Source of the DNA: Synechococcus sp. A15-28
GTDB taxonomy: Bacteria; Cyanobacteriota; Cyanobacteriia; PCC-6307; Cyanobiaceae
Reading direction: 5' to 3'
NCBI RefSeq assembly: GCF_014280175.1
Contig: NZ_CP047931.1
Span: 810,001-842,000, forward strand
Length of the DNA: 32,000 nt
This document shows positions 7,299 through 16,293 of this stretch, in pieces. Under the pieces are notes generated by a model. The model ran no database searches, had not been told where the DNA came from, and saw only the letters and a list, made by a program, of their open reading frames with translations. A program made the position numbers and the translations under genes. Each line of letters starts with the position of its first letter. The stretch's first letter is position 1.

Positions 7299-8049
7299 AG
7301 CGATAGCCCCGCTGACGAACAGTGATGATTCCTCCGCCTTCGCCGAGGCCGGCCTGTTCGAGTTTGCGGCGCAGGGTCAACACCTGAGTGTCAACGGAGC
7401 GTGGCCCTCCGCTGAATGGAGGCCACGCCATGCGAAGCAGTTCCTGGCGGCTGCGCACCAGACCGGGGGGCATCAACAGGGCGCAGAGCAGGGCGAATTC
7501 CCGAGGACTGAGTTCCACCGGCTGGTCTCGCAAAGTGACCTGACGCAGGAGGAGGTGCACTTCCAGAGGTCCAACCGTGACCCGTTCCTGGAGGCCGTTA
7601 TGGCCCCGCTTGAGCAGCGTGCGGCAGCGGGCCGCCAGCTCCTCCAGGCCAAAGGGCTTCCGCAGAACATCATCTGCACCGTCATCCAGCAACCCCACGA
7701 CCGGATCAGCGCCACTGCGGGCCGTCAGCACGATGACGGGACAACGCAGCTGGTCCGCCAGTCGGAGGGCGGAACCCTGTTCGAGAATTTCGGCGCTGAC
7801 CAAGAGATCTGGTGATTGTTCCTGGCAGAGCTCCAGAGCTTCAGCCGCTCTGCCGACGGCAGCGGTGAGGTGACCGTCCTGACGGAGCCGTTGCACCAGG
7901 ACAGTGCGCAGGGTGGGGTGCGGCTCCACGACGAGCACGCGGGATGGCTCCTGTCCAGTGCCGGACTGGGGCAGGATCAGCGGATCAGCGCTCGGGACGC
8001 TGGGTTCAGCTGTCAGGTCGCGTGGTGTCGAGGTCACTGAATTGATCAA
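7270..8049 (-). CDS. OmpR/PhoB-family response regulator with atypical (Asp-less) receiver domain
   Basis: Receiver-like N-terminus (VLVVEPHPTLR ... VIVLTAR ... RKPF) plus a winged-helix C-terminus (LSPREFALLCALL ... VDTQVLTLRRKL ... TVRQRGYRF). The longest ORF starts with TTG at 8049. GTG 7938, preceded by AGGAG 9 nt upstream, is an equally good start. Confidence 0.8.
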   Translation of the reverse strand: MINSVTSTPRDLTAEPSVPSADPLILPQSGTGQEPSRVLVVEPHPTLRTVLVQRLRQDGHLTAAVGRAAEALELCQEQSPDLLVSAEILEQGSALRLADQLRCPVIVLTARSGADPVVGLLDDGADDVLRKPFGLEELAARCRTLLKRGHNGLQERVTVGPLEVHLLLRQVTLRDQPVELSPREFALLCALLMPPGLVRSRQELLRMAWPPFSGGPRSVDTQVLTLRRKLEQAGLGEGGGIITVRQRGYRFSLDNLPAS

Positions 8050-8114
8050 CGCGCCACTACGCTAAGCGGAAAATTCTGTCCCGCTGGTAGCAGAGGCAGC
8101 TGTCTTCTCAGTCG

Positions 8115-8387
8115 ATGACTTCCCTTGACGATCCGGAATCCATCCGACACTTCCAGTCCCTGTGTGATGCCTGCCAGGAGCTCACCACGCGGTATCACTC
8201 TCCCTCCGAGCTGAGGCTCTATGCCGATGGCTATCTGCACGCCCTGCGTCGCAGCGGCAGCCTGGATTCCCGTCAGCAGCTTCGACTTGAGCAACTGATC
8301 GACCGCTGGATCATGGATCCCTCGAGCTTCATCGGTCCCGATGGGGATATCAGCACGTTGTACATGCGACACCCCCAGGGGTACTGA
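8115..8387 (+). CDS. hypothetical protein (90 aa)
   Basis: ORF track, ATG start. Divergent from the response regulator. Confidence 0.6.
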   Translation: MTSLDDPESIRHFQSLCDACQELTTRYHSPSELRLYADGYLHALRRSGSLDSRQQLRLEQLIDRWIMDPSSFIGPDGDISTLYMRHPQGY

Positions 8388-8711
8388 TTAGCTGGCGAGA
8401 GCGATTTCGAGCTTTTCCTTCAGTTCGCCGGAGTTGTACATCTCGATCAGGATGTCGGATCCGCCCATGAATTCCCCTTGGACATAGACCTGAGGAATCG
8501 TCGGCCAACTGGAAAATTCCTTGATCCCCTGCCGGATCTCCATGTCCGAGAGAACGTCGAAGGTTTCGAAGCTGACGCCCAGGGAATGGAGGATCTGAAC
8601 CACATTGTTCGAGAAGCCGCACTGGGGCATCAACTTGTTCCCCTTCATGAACACGAAGATCGGGCTGGAGCCGATCAACGTCTCAATTCGGGTGCGGGTG
8701 GAGTCGTCCAT
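8388..8711 (-). CDS. grxD: monothiol glutaredoxin (Grx4/GrxD family)
   Basis: CGFS active site (MPQCGFSNNVVQIL), WPTIPQVYV, GGSDIL. Confidence 0.92.
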   Translation of the reverse strand: MDDSTRTRIETLIGSSPIFVFMKGNKLMPQCGFSNNVVQILHSLGVSFETFDVLSDMEIRQGIKEFSSWPTIPQVYVQGEFMGGSDILIEMYNSGELKEKLEIALAS

Positions 8712-8716
8712 GGAAG

Positions 8717-8965
8717 TCAGAGGCTGGGGGAATCGGCCGGAATGGTGGTGGACAGGGCCAGGGCATGGATCGCTTCACTGGCCAGTTCCTGTTGCAGTGC
8801 GCCGTAGACCAGCTGATGCTGGCGGATCCTGGAGAGGCCTTTGAAGGCTTCGGACACGACACTCACCTGAAGGTGGTCACCGCCACCGGTGAGGTCCTCG
8901 ACGGTCACCTTGGCATCGGGAATGGAGCGCTGAATGGCGGCTTCAACGGCGTCCGGCTGAACCAT
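8717..8965 (-). CDS. BolA family protein
   Basis: 82 aa with BolA-like [35 protein letters not shown]. It lies 5 nt upstream of the monothiol Grx, the classic BolA-Grx pairing. Confidence 0.8.
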   Translation of the reverse strand: MVQPDAVEAAIQRSIPDAKVTVEDLTGGGDHLQVSVVSEAFKGLSRIRQHQLVYGALQQELASEAIHALALSTTIPADSPSL

Positions 8966-9016
8966 GGGGATTGAGGACCTGTTGGAAATGATGCTGACAG
9001 AAGGGGTTCGCCGCTG

Positions 9017-9547
9017 TCAGCTGCCCGCAGGCGCGGCACCTTTGAATTCCGTGTCCACAAATCCAAGCTCCAGCAGGCTTTGGTAGGCCTTGCGGCCCTG
9101 GGGCTGCGCTGGCGTCATCAGCTTGACCACTTCCACCAGCACGGGAACGGCAACTTCCGGTTGATTCTGACGGCGGAACAGAGCAGCCAAACGCAGATCG
9201 GCTTCGGCCAGGAGTCCGAGAGCCTCGCGTCCCTTGGTGTCCATCTCGCGGGGAATGCGGGCATCAAGTCCGCGGAAGGCCCCGCTCAGATCCCGGTAGA
9301 AGGCCAGCAGCTGCTTGGACGCCTTACGAGCGTTGTCGTACTCCTGACGCGCCTTGGCGAGATCACCGGCGGCGGCGGCGGCATCCCCCCGATTGATCAT
9401 GGCCTGAACAGCAGCGGGGTTGAAACCGTCGGCTTTCTGGGCCAGAACGCGATCACTGGATGCGGTCTGTTGAGCCACCACCGGCATGCCAGCCAGACCC
9501 AGGCTCGCCACCAGGGCCGTGGCCGAGAGCAAGGAACGACAACCCAT
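9017..9547 (-). CDS. hypothetical secreted protein (176 aa)
   Basis: N-terminal signal-peptide-like segment (SLLSATALVASLGLAGMPVVAQQ) followed by a helical Ala/Arg-rich body. Confidence 0.6.
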   Translation of the reverse strand: MGCRSLLSATALVASLGLAGMPVVAQQTASSDRVLAQKADGFNPAAVQAMINRGDAAAAAGDLAKARQEYDNARKASKQLLAFYRDLSGAFRGLDARIPREMDTKGREALGLLAEADLRLAALFRRQNQPEVAVPVLVEVVKLMTPAQPQGRKAYQSLLELGFVDTEFKGAAPAGS

Positions 9548-9575
9548 GGGGCAAGAAAGTTTGTAGACGCGGACT

Positions 9576-10331
9576 CTAAAAGGAGTTCAAAGGCCTGCCC
9601 ACTGCTGCACGGGCCGCTTGTTCAGCCGTATGTATTGCGTGAGCCAGGTACTGATTGAAACGCAATCCTGATTCCCGTCCACCCGTCGTAGGAACGGTCA
9701 TCGGTTCGCCGAAGCAGAGTGCAGCCCTGCTGAACGGTCGTGGTGGTGCCTGGCTGTAGCCGAGGCCGACGGGGATCACAGGAACGGAGAGTCCCTGCTT
9801 CTGGGCCAACTGCACCAGACGCACGAGCCCCTGATGAAGACGGATCGGTTGGTCCTTGCGCTGGATCTGGCCTTCCGGGAAGACCACAAGCTGCTGGCCA
9901 GCGATGAGCAGGTCGATGGCCAGCCGCAGGGTGGTCATCGAAGGGCGCCGCTGATTCACCGGGAAACAGCCGAGCCGCTGCAGGAACCAACCCTGAAGGC
10001 CACGCATCTCGGTGGTCGTCACCATGAAGCGGCAATCCCGACCGGTGACCCGACGTCCCGCTGCCATCGGCAGCATCAGGGCATCCCAGCGGGCCCGATG
10101 GGTTGGGGCCAGCACCACAGGGCCTGAGTGGGGCAGATGCTGCGGATTCAGCACCAATCGCTCACGGAATTGAAGCTTCAGAGCGATGTCCTGGGTGACC
10201 AGCATCGCCAGTGGGGCCCAGCGAGGGTCGATGCCCACCTGCAGTGCGGATTCACGGTTCGCCAGGGCCGCTGACAACAGGCTGTGCGCGCATTTAAGCG
10301 ATGCGAACCTAAAGCCAAGTCCGCCCTGCAT
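9576..10331 (-). CDS. 1-acyl-sn-glycerol-3-phosphate acyltransferase family (PlsC-like)
   Basis: HX4D motif (APTHRARWD) and FPEG motif (VVFPEGQI). Start is ATG 10331; an alternative is ATG 10205. Confidence 0.75.
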   Translation of the reverse strand: MQGGLGFRFASLKCAHSLLSAALANRESALQVGIDPRWAPLAMLVTQDIALKLQFRERLVLNPQHLPHSGPVVLAPTHRARWDALMLPMAAGRRVTGRDCRFMVTTTEMRGLQGWFLQRLGCFPVNQRRPSMTTLRLAIDLLIAGQQLVVFPEGQIQRKDQPIRLHQGLVRLVQLAQKQGLSVPVIPVGLGYSQAPPRPFSRAALCFGEPMTVPTTGGRESGLRFNQYLAHAIHTAEQAARAAVGRPLNSF

Positions 10332-10356
10332 AGGATCGGCTCAGACAGACGTTGGT

Positions 10357-11106
10357 ATGGCCAGTCTCGGGGTCAACATCGACCACATCGCCAACATTCG
10401 CCAGGCACGCCGGACGGTGGAACCGGATCCTGTTCCCTTCGCCATGCTCGCCGAACTCGGCGGTGCCGATGGCATCACAGTTCATCTGCGGGAGGATCGC
10501 CGCCACATCCAGGACCGCGATGTGGAGCTGCTGCGGCAGACCGTGCGCTCCCGTCTGAATCTGGAGATGGCAGCAACCCAGGAGATGGTGGAGATCGCCC
10601 TGGGCGTCCAACCAGACATGGTCACTCTTGTCCCCGAAAAACGGGAAGAGGTCACCACTGAAGGAGGACTGAATGTGGCCGCTCAGTTGAGCGTGTTAAC
10701 CCCGATGGTGGAACGGCTGCAGCAGCAGGGCATTCCCGTAAGCCTGTTCGTTGACCCGGAATCCAACCAGTTGGAGGCCTGTCGCAGCAGTGGAGCCCGC
10801 TGGGTTGAGCTGCACACCGGGACCTACGCCGACGCCCCCTGGCGCGACCAGCCGGCTGAGTTGGCCCGCATCACCGAGGGTGCTGCCACGGCCCGCCATC
10901 TAGGCCTTCGCGTGAACGCAGGCCATGGACTCACTTATCAGAACGTGGAACCGATTGCAGCTATTCCTGGCATGGAGGAATTGAACATCGGTCACACGAT
11001 CGTGGCCCGTGCGGTTGCAGTCGGTCTGCAACAGGCCGTGCGCGAGATGAAGGCCTTGATCCAGAATCCCCGCCTGGATCCCCTGTTCGGACACGCGCTC
11101 GGATGA
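10357..11106 (+). CDS. pdxJ: pyridoxine 5'-phosphate synthase
   Basis: [19 protein letters not shown]...[12 protein letters not shown]...NAGHGL are PdxJ hallmarks. I chose ATG 10357 within the longer ORF. Confidence 0.9.
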   Translation: MASLGVNIDHIANIRQARRTVEPDPVPFAMLAELGGADGITVHLREDRRHIQDRDVELLRQTVRSRLNLEMAATQEMVEIALGVQPDMVTLVPEKREEVTTEGGLNVAAQLSVLTPMVERLQQQGIPVSLFVDPESNQLEACRSSGARWVELHTGTYADAPWRDQPAELARITEGAATARHLGLRVNAGHGLTYQNVEPIAAIPGMEELNIGHTIVARAVAVGLQQAVREMKALIQNPRLDPLFGHALG

Positions 11107-11426
11107 CTGCTTACTACTTCGTTGCTGCCAGCGAGCAGTTTCTGACCGTTGAGGAACCGCTGGAAGAAGTGCTGCGGGAGCGTCGGCGCAACTACGAGGA
11201 GAACAGCAAAGCCATCGATTTCTGGTTGGTTCGCCAGCCCGCCTTTTTGGAGACCGATGAATTCAGTGCCATCAACGGACAGCTGCCCAAGCCAGCGGCT
11301 GCGGTGGTGTCCACAGATCCCACGTTCATCACCTTTTTGAAGCTGCGGTTGGAGTACGTGCTCGAGGGCCGCTTCGAAGCTCCTTCTGCATCGATTCCCG
11401 ACGCCTTTGCCAGCATCGCCGCATGA
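11103..11426 (+). CDS. ycf54: Ycf54 (Mg-protoporphyrin IX monomethyl ester cyclase-associated protein)
   Basis: [28 protein letters not shown]...IDFWLV.QPAFL...[25 protein letters not shown] matches my recollection of Ycf54/DUF2488. ATGA overlap with pdxJ. Confidence 0.75.
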   Translation: MTAYYFVAASEQFLTVEEPLEEVLRERRRNYEENSKAIDFWLVRQPAFLETDEFSAINGQLPKPAAAVVSTDPTFITFLKLRLEYVLEGRFEAPSASIPDAFASIAA

Positions 11427-11734
11427 ACCGGCAATCACTTCCGGTGGCCCAGAGGATTGCCCTGCTGGTTCAGGCCCTCGATGGTGCTGAAAAAACGAAT
11501 CAGGCGCTTGCGACCTGCGCGGATGGCGAGGCCATGGTCGACATTCTTTTGGGTGCTTCCGCAAAGCTCGGCCTCGGTCTGACCCGACGCGATCTGATGG
11601 AAACACCGCCGATTCGGGACTGGATCTGGTTCAAAAGCAACGATCCCCTGGTCACCGTGGGTGATGCAAAGCCCCGTTACCGCCGGGAATCCGTCGACGA
11701 GAAACCCCGTCGCAAATTTCTGGGTTTGTTCTGA
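11423..11734 (+). CDS. hypothetical protein, possibly with an N-terminal Nif11-like domain
   Basis: ATGA overlap with ycf54. The N-terminal about 55 aa (..RIALLVQALDGAEKTNQALATCADGEAMVDILLGASAKLGLGLTRRDL) loosely follow the Nif11 helical pattern. There is no GG cleavage site and no Cys-rich core. Confidence 0.55.
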   Translation: MNRQSLPVAQRIALLVQALDGAEKTNQALATCADGEAMVDILLGASAKLGLGLTRRDLMETPPIRDWIWFKSNDPLVTVGDAKPRYRRESVDEKPRRKFLGLF

Positions 11735-11780
11735 CAGCACGCGCCATGTTGATCAGACTTCCAGGGCTCAATCTTGTCTT

Positions 11781-12419
11781 GTGAAAGAGACACCCCTACG
11801 CCACTGGGTGATCGGTGATGTCCACGGATGCCACACCTCTCTTCTGGACCTTTTGGCGGTGCTGCCAGTCCAGGACCACCTGATTTTCTGTGGCGACGTG
11901 ATCTGCCGTCGTGGCGGCATCGATGCCTGCATGCATCTGATCTGGGATCTGGTTTGTTGCGGACGGGCCACGTGGTTACGGGGCAATCACGAACAGGCGT
12001 TGATCCATTCCTTACAAGACGTTGGCGAAGGTTCGCAAACAGCTTCGACCCATCAGTGGCTGCATCGCCTCAATCAGTTGCCGCTGCTCTATCGCGCAGA
12101 CGGCTGGTGTGCGACCCATGCCGGCTTCAACAGCGACGGTGAGCCGGATCTGTCGATTCGTGAGCCGTTCTGGGAGACCTACGACGGTCGCTATGGCCGC
12201 GTGGTGATCGGTCACACACCGCGGCCTGCGGTGGAGCGTCATCAGCGAATTGTCCTGATCGACACGGGAGCGGTGTACGGCGGGCTGCTCTCGGCCTACT
12301 GCCCGGAAACCGATGCGGTGGTGCAGGTGCGGGGTCAGCGCAGCCAGGATCCACGTCCAGCGGCTGCCGAGGGGGAGCGGGTGTCAGCCCTGTTGCGAGG
12401 AGACTGGACCCGTTGCTGA
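11781..12419 (+). CDS. PPP-family metallophosphatase (lambda/PrpA-like Ser/Thr phosphatase or ApaH-like)
   Basis: GDVHGC, GDVICRRG, GNHE, THAGF, IGHTP and IDTGAVYGG motifs in canonical order. There is no in-frame ATG after the preceding gene, so GTG 11781 (MKETPLRHWVIGDVHG) is the likely start. The 3' end overlaps recC by 7 nt. Confidence 0.75.
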   Translation: MKETPLRHWVIGDVHGCHTSLLDLLAVLPVQDHLIFCGDVICRRGGIDACMHLIWDLVCCGRATWLRGNHEQALIHSLQDVGEGSQTASTHQWLHRLNQLPLLYRADGWCATHAGFNSDGEPDLSIREPFWETYDGRYGRVVIGHTPRPAVERHQRIVLIDTGAVYGGLLSAYCPETDAVVQVRGQRSQDPRPAAAEGERVSALLRGDWTRC

Positions 12420-15400
12420 CGCTCTACCGCAGCAACCGGGCGGAATTCCTGGCCACCTTGCTGGCCCGTCAGTTGCTGGAGGAGCGACCGGATCCCTTCG
12501 AAACGGTGGAGGTGTTGGTGAACACCTGGCCCACCAGCCGCTGGCTCGGCGAGCAGCTCGCCACAGCCAACGGCATCAGTTCGCTGGTGCGCTTTCCCTT
12601 TCCCGGCAGTCGCCTGCGCCAGCTTGTGCGACGGGTCCTCGACCTCCCCGATCATGAGGAGGATCCCTGGCGGGCCACCTCCCTGGTCTGGACGGTCCTG
12701 GAGCTGATGCCGGCTCTGTTGGAGCAGCCTGTCGCGCAGCCTCTGCGGGCCTGGCTGAAACAGCGTGATGGGGAGGCTTCGGGGCTCAGTCGGGATCGTT
12801 GGCAGCTGGCTCGAGCGATCGCCGACGCCTTCGACGACTACGCCCTTTATCGGCCAGCCACCCTGCACAGCTGGATGCGGGGCAGCCGTGCATCCACCGA
12901 AACGGACTGGCAACCGTGGCTGGCCCGGCAACTGGACGCTTCCCTGCATCGTCAACCCTTCGGACTGCAGGTGCAGACAGCGGTGGAACGGTTGTGCTCC
13001 GGAGCCGTGGATCCAGACGTGCTGCCGAAGGTGATCCGTCTGTTCGGCATCAGTGCTCTGGCCCCGGTTCAGGTGGACCTGATCCAGGCCCTCTCGGGCA
13101 CCACTGAGGTTCAGGTGTACCTGCTCACGCCCTGCCGTGATCTCTGGCAGCGCTGTGGCAGCCGCCGTGAGCAGCTGGGTGAGACCTGGATCGACCCTCC
13201 CGATGGCGGTTGGTTGCAGCAGGCGCCGCGGCTGGAAGCCACCCTTGGACGGATGGGGGCTGAGTTTCAGCAGCTGCTGGAGGGCAGTGGCGACAGCCAG
13301 CTGGGGGAGCGGCGTGAAGGGGATCTGTTTGCCGATCCCGTGCGGATTGCTGAAGGGGAAGGTCGTCCCGCCACGCTGCTGGAACGGTTGCAGCAACAGC
13401 AGGTGGAACCAGGTTGCTGTGAATCCCTTGAACGAGAGCACGATGACCGCTCTCTGCTGTTCCAGGCCGCCCCCGGTCCTTTGCGGGAGGTGCAGTTGGT
13501 GCGGGATCAGGTGTTGCAGTGGCTGGCTGCGGATCCAGAACTCGAGCCTCGGGACGTCCTGGTGATGACCCCCCAGATCGACCGTTATGCCCCGCTGCTG
13601 AGCTCGGTGTTCAACGACCGTGATGCGATTGGGGTGGATCTGCCCTGGCGTCTGACCGATCGCAGCCAGCAGAGCACTCCTGGCCTGACGATGGCGATGC
13701 TGGAGTTGCTGGACCTGGCGGCAGGACGTCTGACCGCCACAGGACTGGAACGGTTGTTGGCCAATCCCGCCTTGCAGGCTCAGCAGGGGTTCAGTGGCGA
13801 GGATGCCGCAGCCCTCACCCGCATCCTGCAGCGCACGGGCTTCCGCTGGGGGTTGGATGCCCTGGAGCGGGGCGGTGATGAGACCCACAGCCTCATCTGG
13901 TCTCTGGATCGTTGGTTGCTGGGTCTGGCGCTGCCGCAACGGGATGGACTGGCGCCCGGAGGGACGGCGCCGTTTCATCAGGATCTCGATCCGCAGCGGT
14001 TGGTGCGCTGGTGGACCGTTCTGGATCGTCTGGTGCGCTGGTTGCAGCAGCTGCGACGACCACGGGCTTCATCGGCCTGGGTGGAGTTGCTGCAGGCCTT
14101 GCTGGAGGACCTCTTCGCTGATGGAGGTGATTGGAGCTGGGAGCGTCAGAGCTGGTCGGCGGCTTTGGCGGATTGGCAGCAGCGCGCAGCTGCCTGTCCG
14201 CTGGAGCTTGAGGTGGCGGTGGCTGCTGAAGTGCTGGCGGAGGCTCTGTCGGTGGACAGTGGCCGCTTCGGGCATCGCAGTGGTGCGCTCACGGTGAGTG
14301 CTCTGGAACCGATGCGGGCGATTCCCCACAAGGTGATCGTGCTGATGGGCCTCGACGACGGGGTGTTTCCTCGCATCGACCAACGGCCTGGCTTTCATCT
14401 GCTGGAGCAGCGCCGCTGGCTTGGCGATCCCTGCGGCGGTGATCAGGACCGTTATGTGCTTCTGGAGGCGCTGATGTCGGCACGGCGTCATCTGCTGATC
14501 AGTTGGTGCGGCCGCAATGAACACACCGGTGAGCCCCGGCCGGCCGCGGCGCCGGTGGAACAGTGGCTGCAGGACCTGAGCCGGCAGCTGGGGACAGAGG
14601 CCAGCGCGGGGCTGTGCATCGAGCCGGATCCCAATCCGCTTGATCGCAGCAACTTTCACGTCGCTGTGCATGGCCAGCCCCTCAGCTGTGATCGACGTCA
14701 ACTGGAGGCGCGACGCTGGCTCGATCGACATCAAAGCGATGGCGCCCTCGGCGGTCTGGCCCTGCCTCTGTCGTGGAGCCCGCTGGAACCGGACGACACA
14801 GTTTACCCTCTCAGTTATGAGGAGCTGTTGCAGTGGCTGGTGGACCCGCAATCCGCCTGGCTGCGGCAGTTGGGCCTCCATCCAGGCGAGCGGGTGGATC
14901 CGGTGGAGGATCTCGAGGCCCTGGCGCTCACCAGCCTGCTGCAGGCCCAGCTGTTGAATCAGGATCTGGAGGGCCACCTGCTGGCGGCTGAGACCCCTGC
15001 GTGGCGCGACATGTTGGCCGGTCAGGGGGTGCTTCCTCCGGGCGCAGGGGCAGAGCTGGAGCAGGGAGTCCTCAACCATCGGCTCCAGGCGTTGCAGCAG
15101 CAGCTGAATGGGCTCGGAGGCTGCAGACGTGAGGGCCCCCTGCTGTTCGCCGGCGACATTCAGGTGGTGGTTCAGCCCGGTCGCTTTTCACCGCGCGGAC
15201 TGATGCGGGGTTGGCTCCAGCATCTCCAGCTCTGTGCTGATGCTGCCGACTTCGGCGGCAGCGCCGTGATCGCCCGAGCGGACAGAGGTGACGAGGCCAA
15301 GACCCATGTGCGTTGGATTCGCCTCGAGCCATCTGATGCCGAAGCGCAGTTGCAGTCGCTGCAGCGCTTGGCTCAGCAAGGGCAGCATCAGTGCTGGCCG

Positions 15401-15622
15401 GTTCCGCCGAAGAGCGGTTGGCTGTTGATGAGCAGAGACCACAGCAAGGCCGGCAGCGGTGGGGCTGCTTTTCGGGACAGCTGGATCCGGGAGCGGCAGG
15501 ACCCCCAGCAACGGCTGTGCTTCGGGGCAGATATTGAGGCGGATCTGCTGTTAAAGAGCCAGGGGTTCGAGCAGGCTTGCGCGTTGCTCTATGCGCCGAT
15601 GCTGCAGGCCTTGGTGCGCTGA
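12413..15622 (+). CDS. recC: exodeoxyribonuclease V gamma subunit
   Basis: 1069 aa. The N-terminus (LTLYRSNRAEFLA...VLVNTWPTSRWL) is typical of RecC, and the gene sits with recB/recD. TTG start. Confidence 0.88.
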   Translation: MLTLYRSNRAEFLATLLARQLLEERPDPFETVEVLVNTWPTSRWLGEQLATANGISSLVRFPFPGSRLRQLVRRVLDLPDHEEDPWRATSLVWTVLELMPALLEQPVAQPLRAWLKQRDGEASGLSRDRWQLARAIADAFDDYALYRPATLHSWMRGSRASTETDWQPWLARQLDASLHRQPFGLQVQTAVERLCSGAVDPDVLPKVIRLFGISALAPVQVDLIQALSGTTEVQVYLLTPCRDLWQRCGSRREQLGETWIDPPDGGWLQQAPRLEATLGRMGAEFQQLLEGSGDSQLGERREGDLFADPVRIAEGEGRPATLLERLQQQQVEPGCCESLEREHDDRSLLFQAAPGPLREVQLVRDQVLQWLAADPELEPRDVLVMTPQIDRYAPLLSSVFNDRDAIGVDLPWRLTDRSQQSTPGLTMAMLELLDLAAGRLTATGLERLLANPALQAQQGFSGEDAAALTRILQRTGFRWGLDALERGGDETHSLIWSLDRWLLGLALPQRDGLAPGGTAPFHQDLDPQRLVRWWTVLDRLVRWLQQLRRPRASSAWVELLQALLEDLFADGGDWSWERQSWSAALADWQQRAAACPLELEVAVAAEVLAEALSVDSGRFGHRSGALTVSALEPMRAIPHKVIVLMGLDDGVFPRIDQRPGFHLLEQRRWLGDPCGGDQDRYVLLEALMSARRHLLISWCGRNEHTGEPRPAAAPVEQWLQDLSRQLGTEASAGLCIEPDPNPLDRSNFHVAVHGQPLSCDRRQLEARRWLDRHQSDGALGGLALPLSWSPLEPDDTVYPLSYEELLQWLVDPQSAWLRQLGLHPGERVDPVEDLEALALTSLLQAQLLNQDLEGHLLAAETPAWRDMLAGQGVLPPGAGAELEQGVLNHRLQALQQQLNGLGGCRREGPLLFAGDIQVVVQPGRFSPRGLMRGWLQHLQLCADAADFGGSAVIARADRGDEAKTHVRWIRLEPSDAEAQLQSLQRLAQQGQHQCWPVPPKSGWLLMSRDHSKAGSGGAAFRDSWIRERQDPQQRLCFGADIEADLLLKSQGFEQACALLYAPMLQALVR

Positions 15623-15707
15623 AGACAAGACAGGTTCGCTGCTACGACGAGCCAGCGACCTGCCCTTCAAGCAGACCCTATGGAGGTGATGCCAACTGCG
15701 CAGCCGT

Positions 15708-15735
15708 GGGGACCGGGTTCCCTGACCGGGTCAGG
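15708..15735. repeat. two abutting short hairpins with CGG loops (GGGGAC-CGG-GTTCCC and CCTGAC-CGG-GTCAGG)
   Basis: Read directly from the sequence, in the 131-nt gap between convergent recC and the LMW-PTP gene. There is no U tail on either strand. Confidence 0.5.
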
Positions 15736-15753
15736 AACTCTGCACAGATTTGT

Positions 15754-16197
15754 TTACCCGGGGTTCAGTTCATCGAACAGCTGCTGCACCCGGTACTCAA
15801 GCTGAGCGATCGGATCGACGCCGTCCTCCTCATCGAGGTCTTTGACCGTCCAAAAGCGGATCCTGTCCTCCCAGGCGGGGAACTGCTGCTGCACCATCGG
15901 TCGATGGGCCGCCTCATCAACGGCCACCAAGACATCCGCAGCCTCCAGCTCAGCTTCCGTGACCTGTTTTGGTGCGGCGAGGCTGGCTGGATCGACGGTT
16001 ACACCACGGTCCTGCAGGGCGCTGATCGCCTCAGGCGCCATCGGACCGATGTTGCCACTGCTGGGATCTACCTTCAGCCCAGCAGAGTCAACCTGCAGAG
16101 CCCCCGTCGCCTGGTTGATCTCGATCAGCTGCTGGAACAGCGCTTGCGAGAAACGACTGCGGAAGTAGTTGCCGGTGCAGAGAAACAGGACGCGCAC
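15754..16197 (-). CDS. low-molecular-weight protein-tyrosine phosphatase / ArsC-like family
   Basis: N-terminal P-loop VLFLCTGNYFRS (CX5R-S). 147 aa, GTG start. Confidence 0.8.
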   Translation of the reverse strand: MRVLFLCTGNYFRSRFSQALFQQLIEINQATGALQVDSAGLKVDPSSGNIGPMAPEAISALQDRGVTVDPASLAAPKQVTEAELEAADVLVAVDEAAHRPMVQQQFPAWEDRIRFWTVKDLDEEDGVDPIAQLEYRVQQLFDELNPG

Positions 16198-16203
16198 CGA
16201 GGG

Positions 16204-16293
16204 TCAGCCCCTAAAACTGTTGATCAGAGCAAAGCCATACAACGCGACGATTGCGGCTCCCAACAATCCGACGGACGTGAGCTGGCGTGCCAT
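16204..16293 (-). CDS. putative 29-aa single-pass membrane micro-protein
   Basis: MARQLTSVGLLGAAIVALYGFALINSFRG. The stop lies 6 nt upstream of the LMW-PTP start. The ORF-track version (to 16386, 60 aa) would leave only 17 nt before recB on the other strand. Confidence 0.35.
   Translation of the reverse strand: MARQLTSVGLLGAAIVALYGFALINSFRG

Noticed and set aside
12335-15079. Minus-strand ORFs of 547 aa and 336 aa inside recC
   Set aside because: They are antisense shadows of recC, with low-complexity Arg/Gln/Pro-rich translations and no motifs. recC on the plus strand is full length and family-typical.
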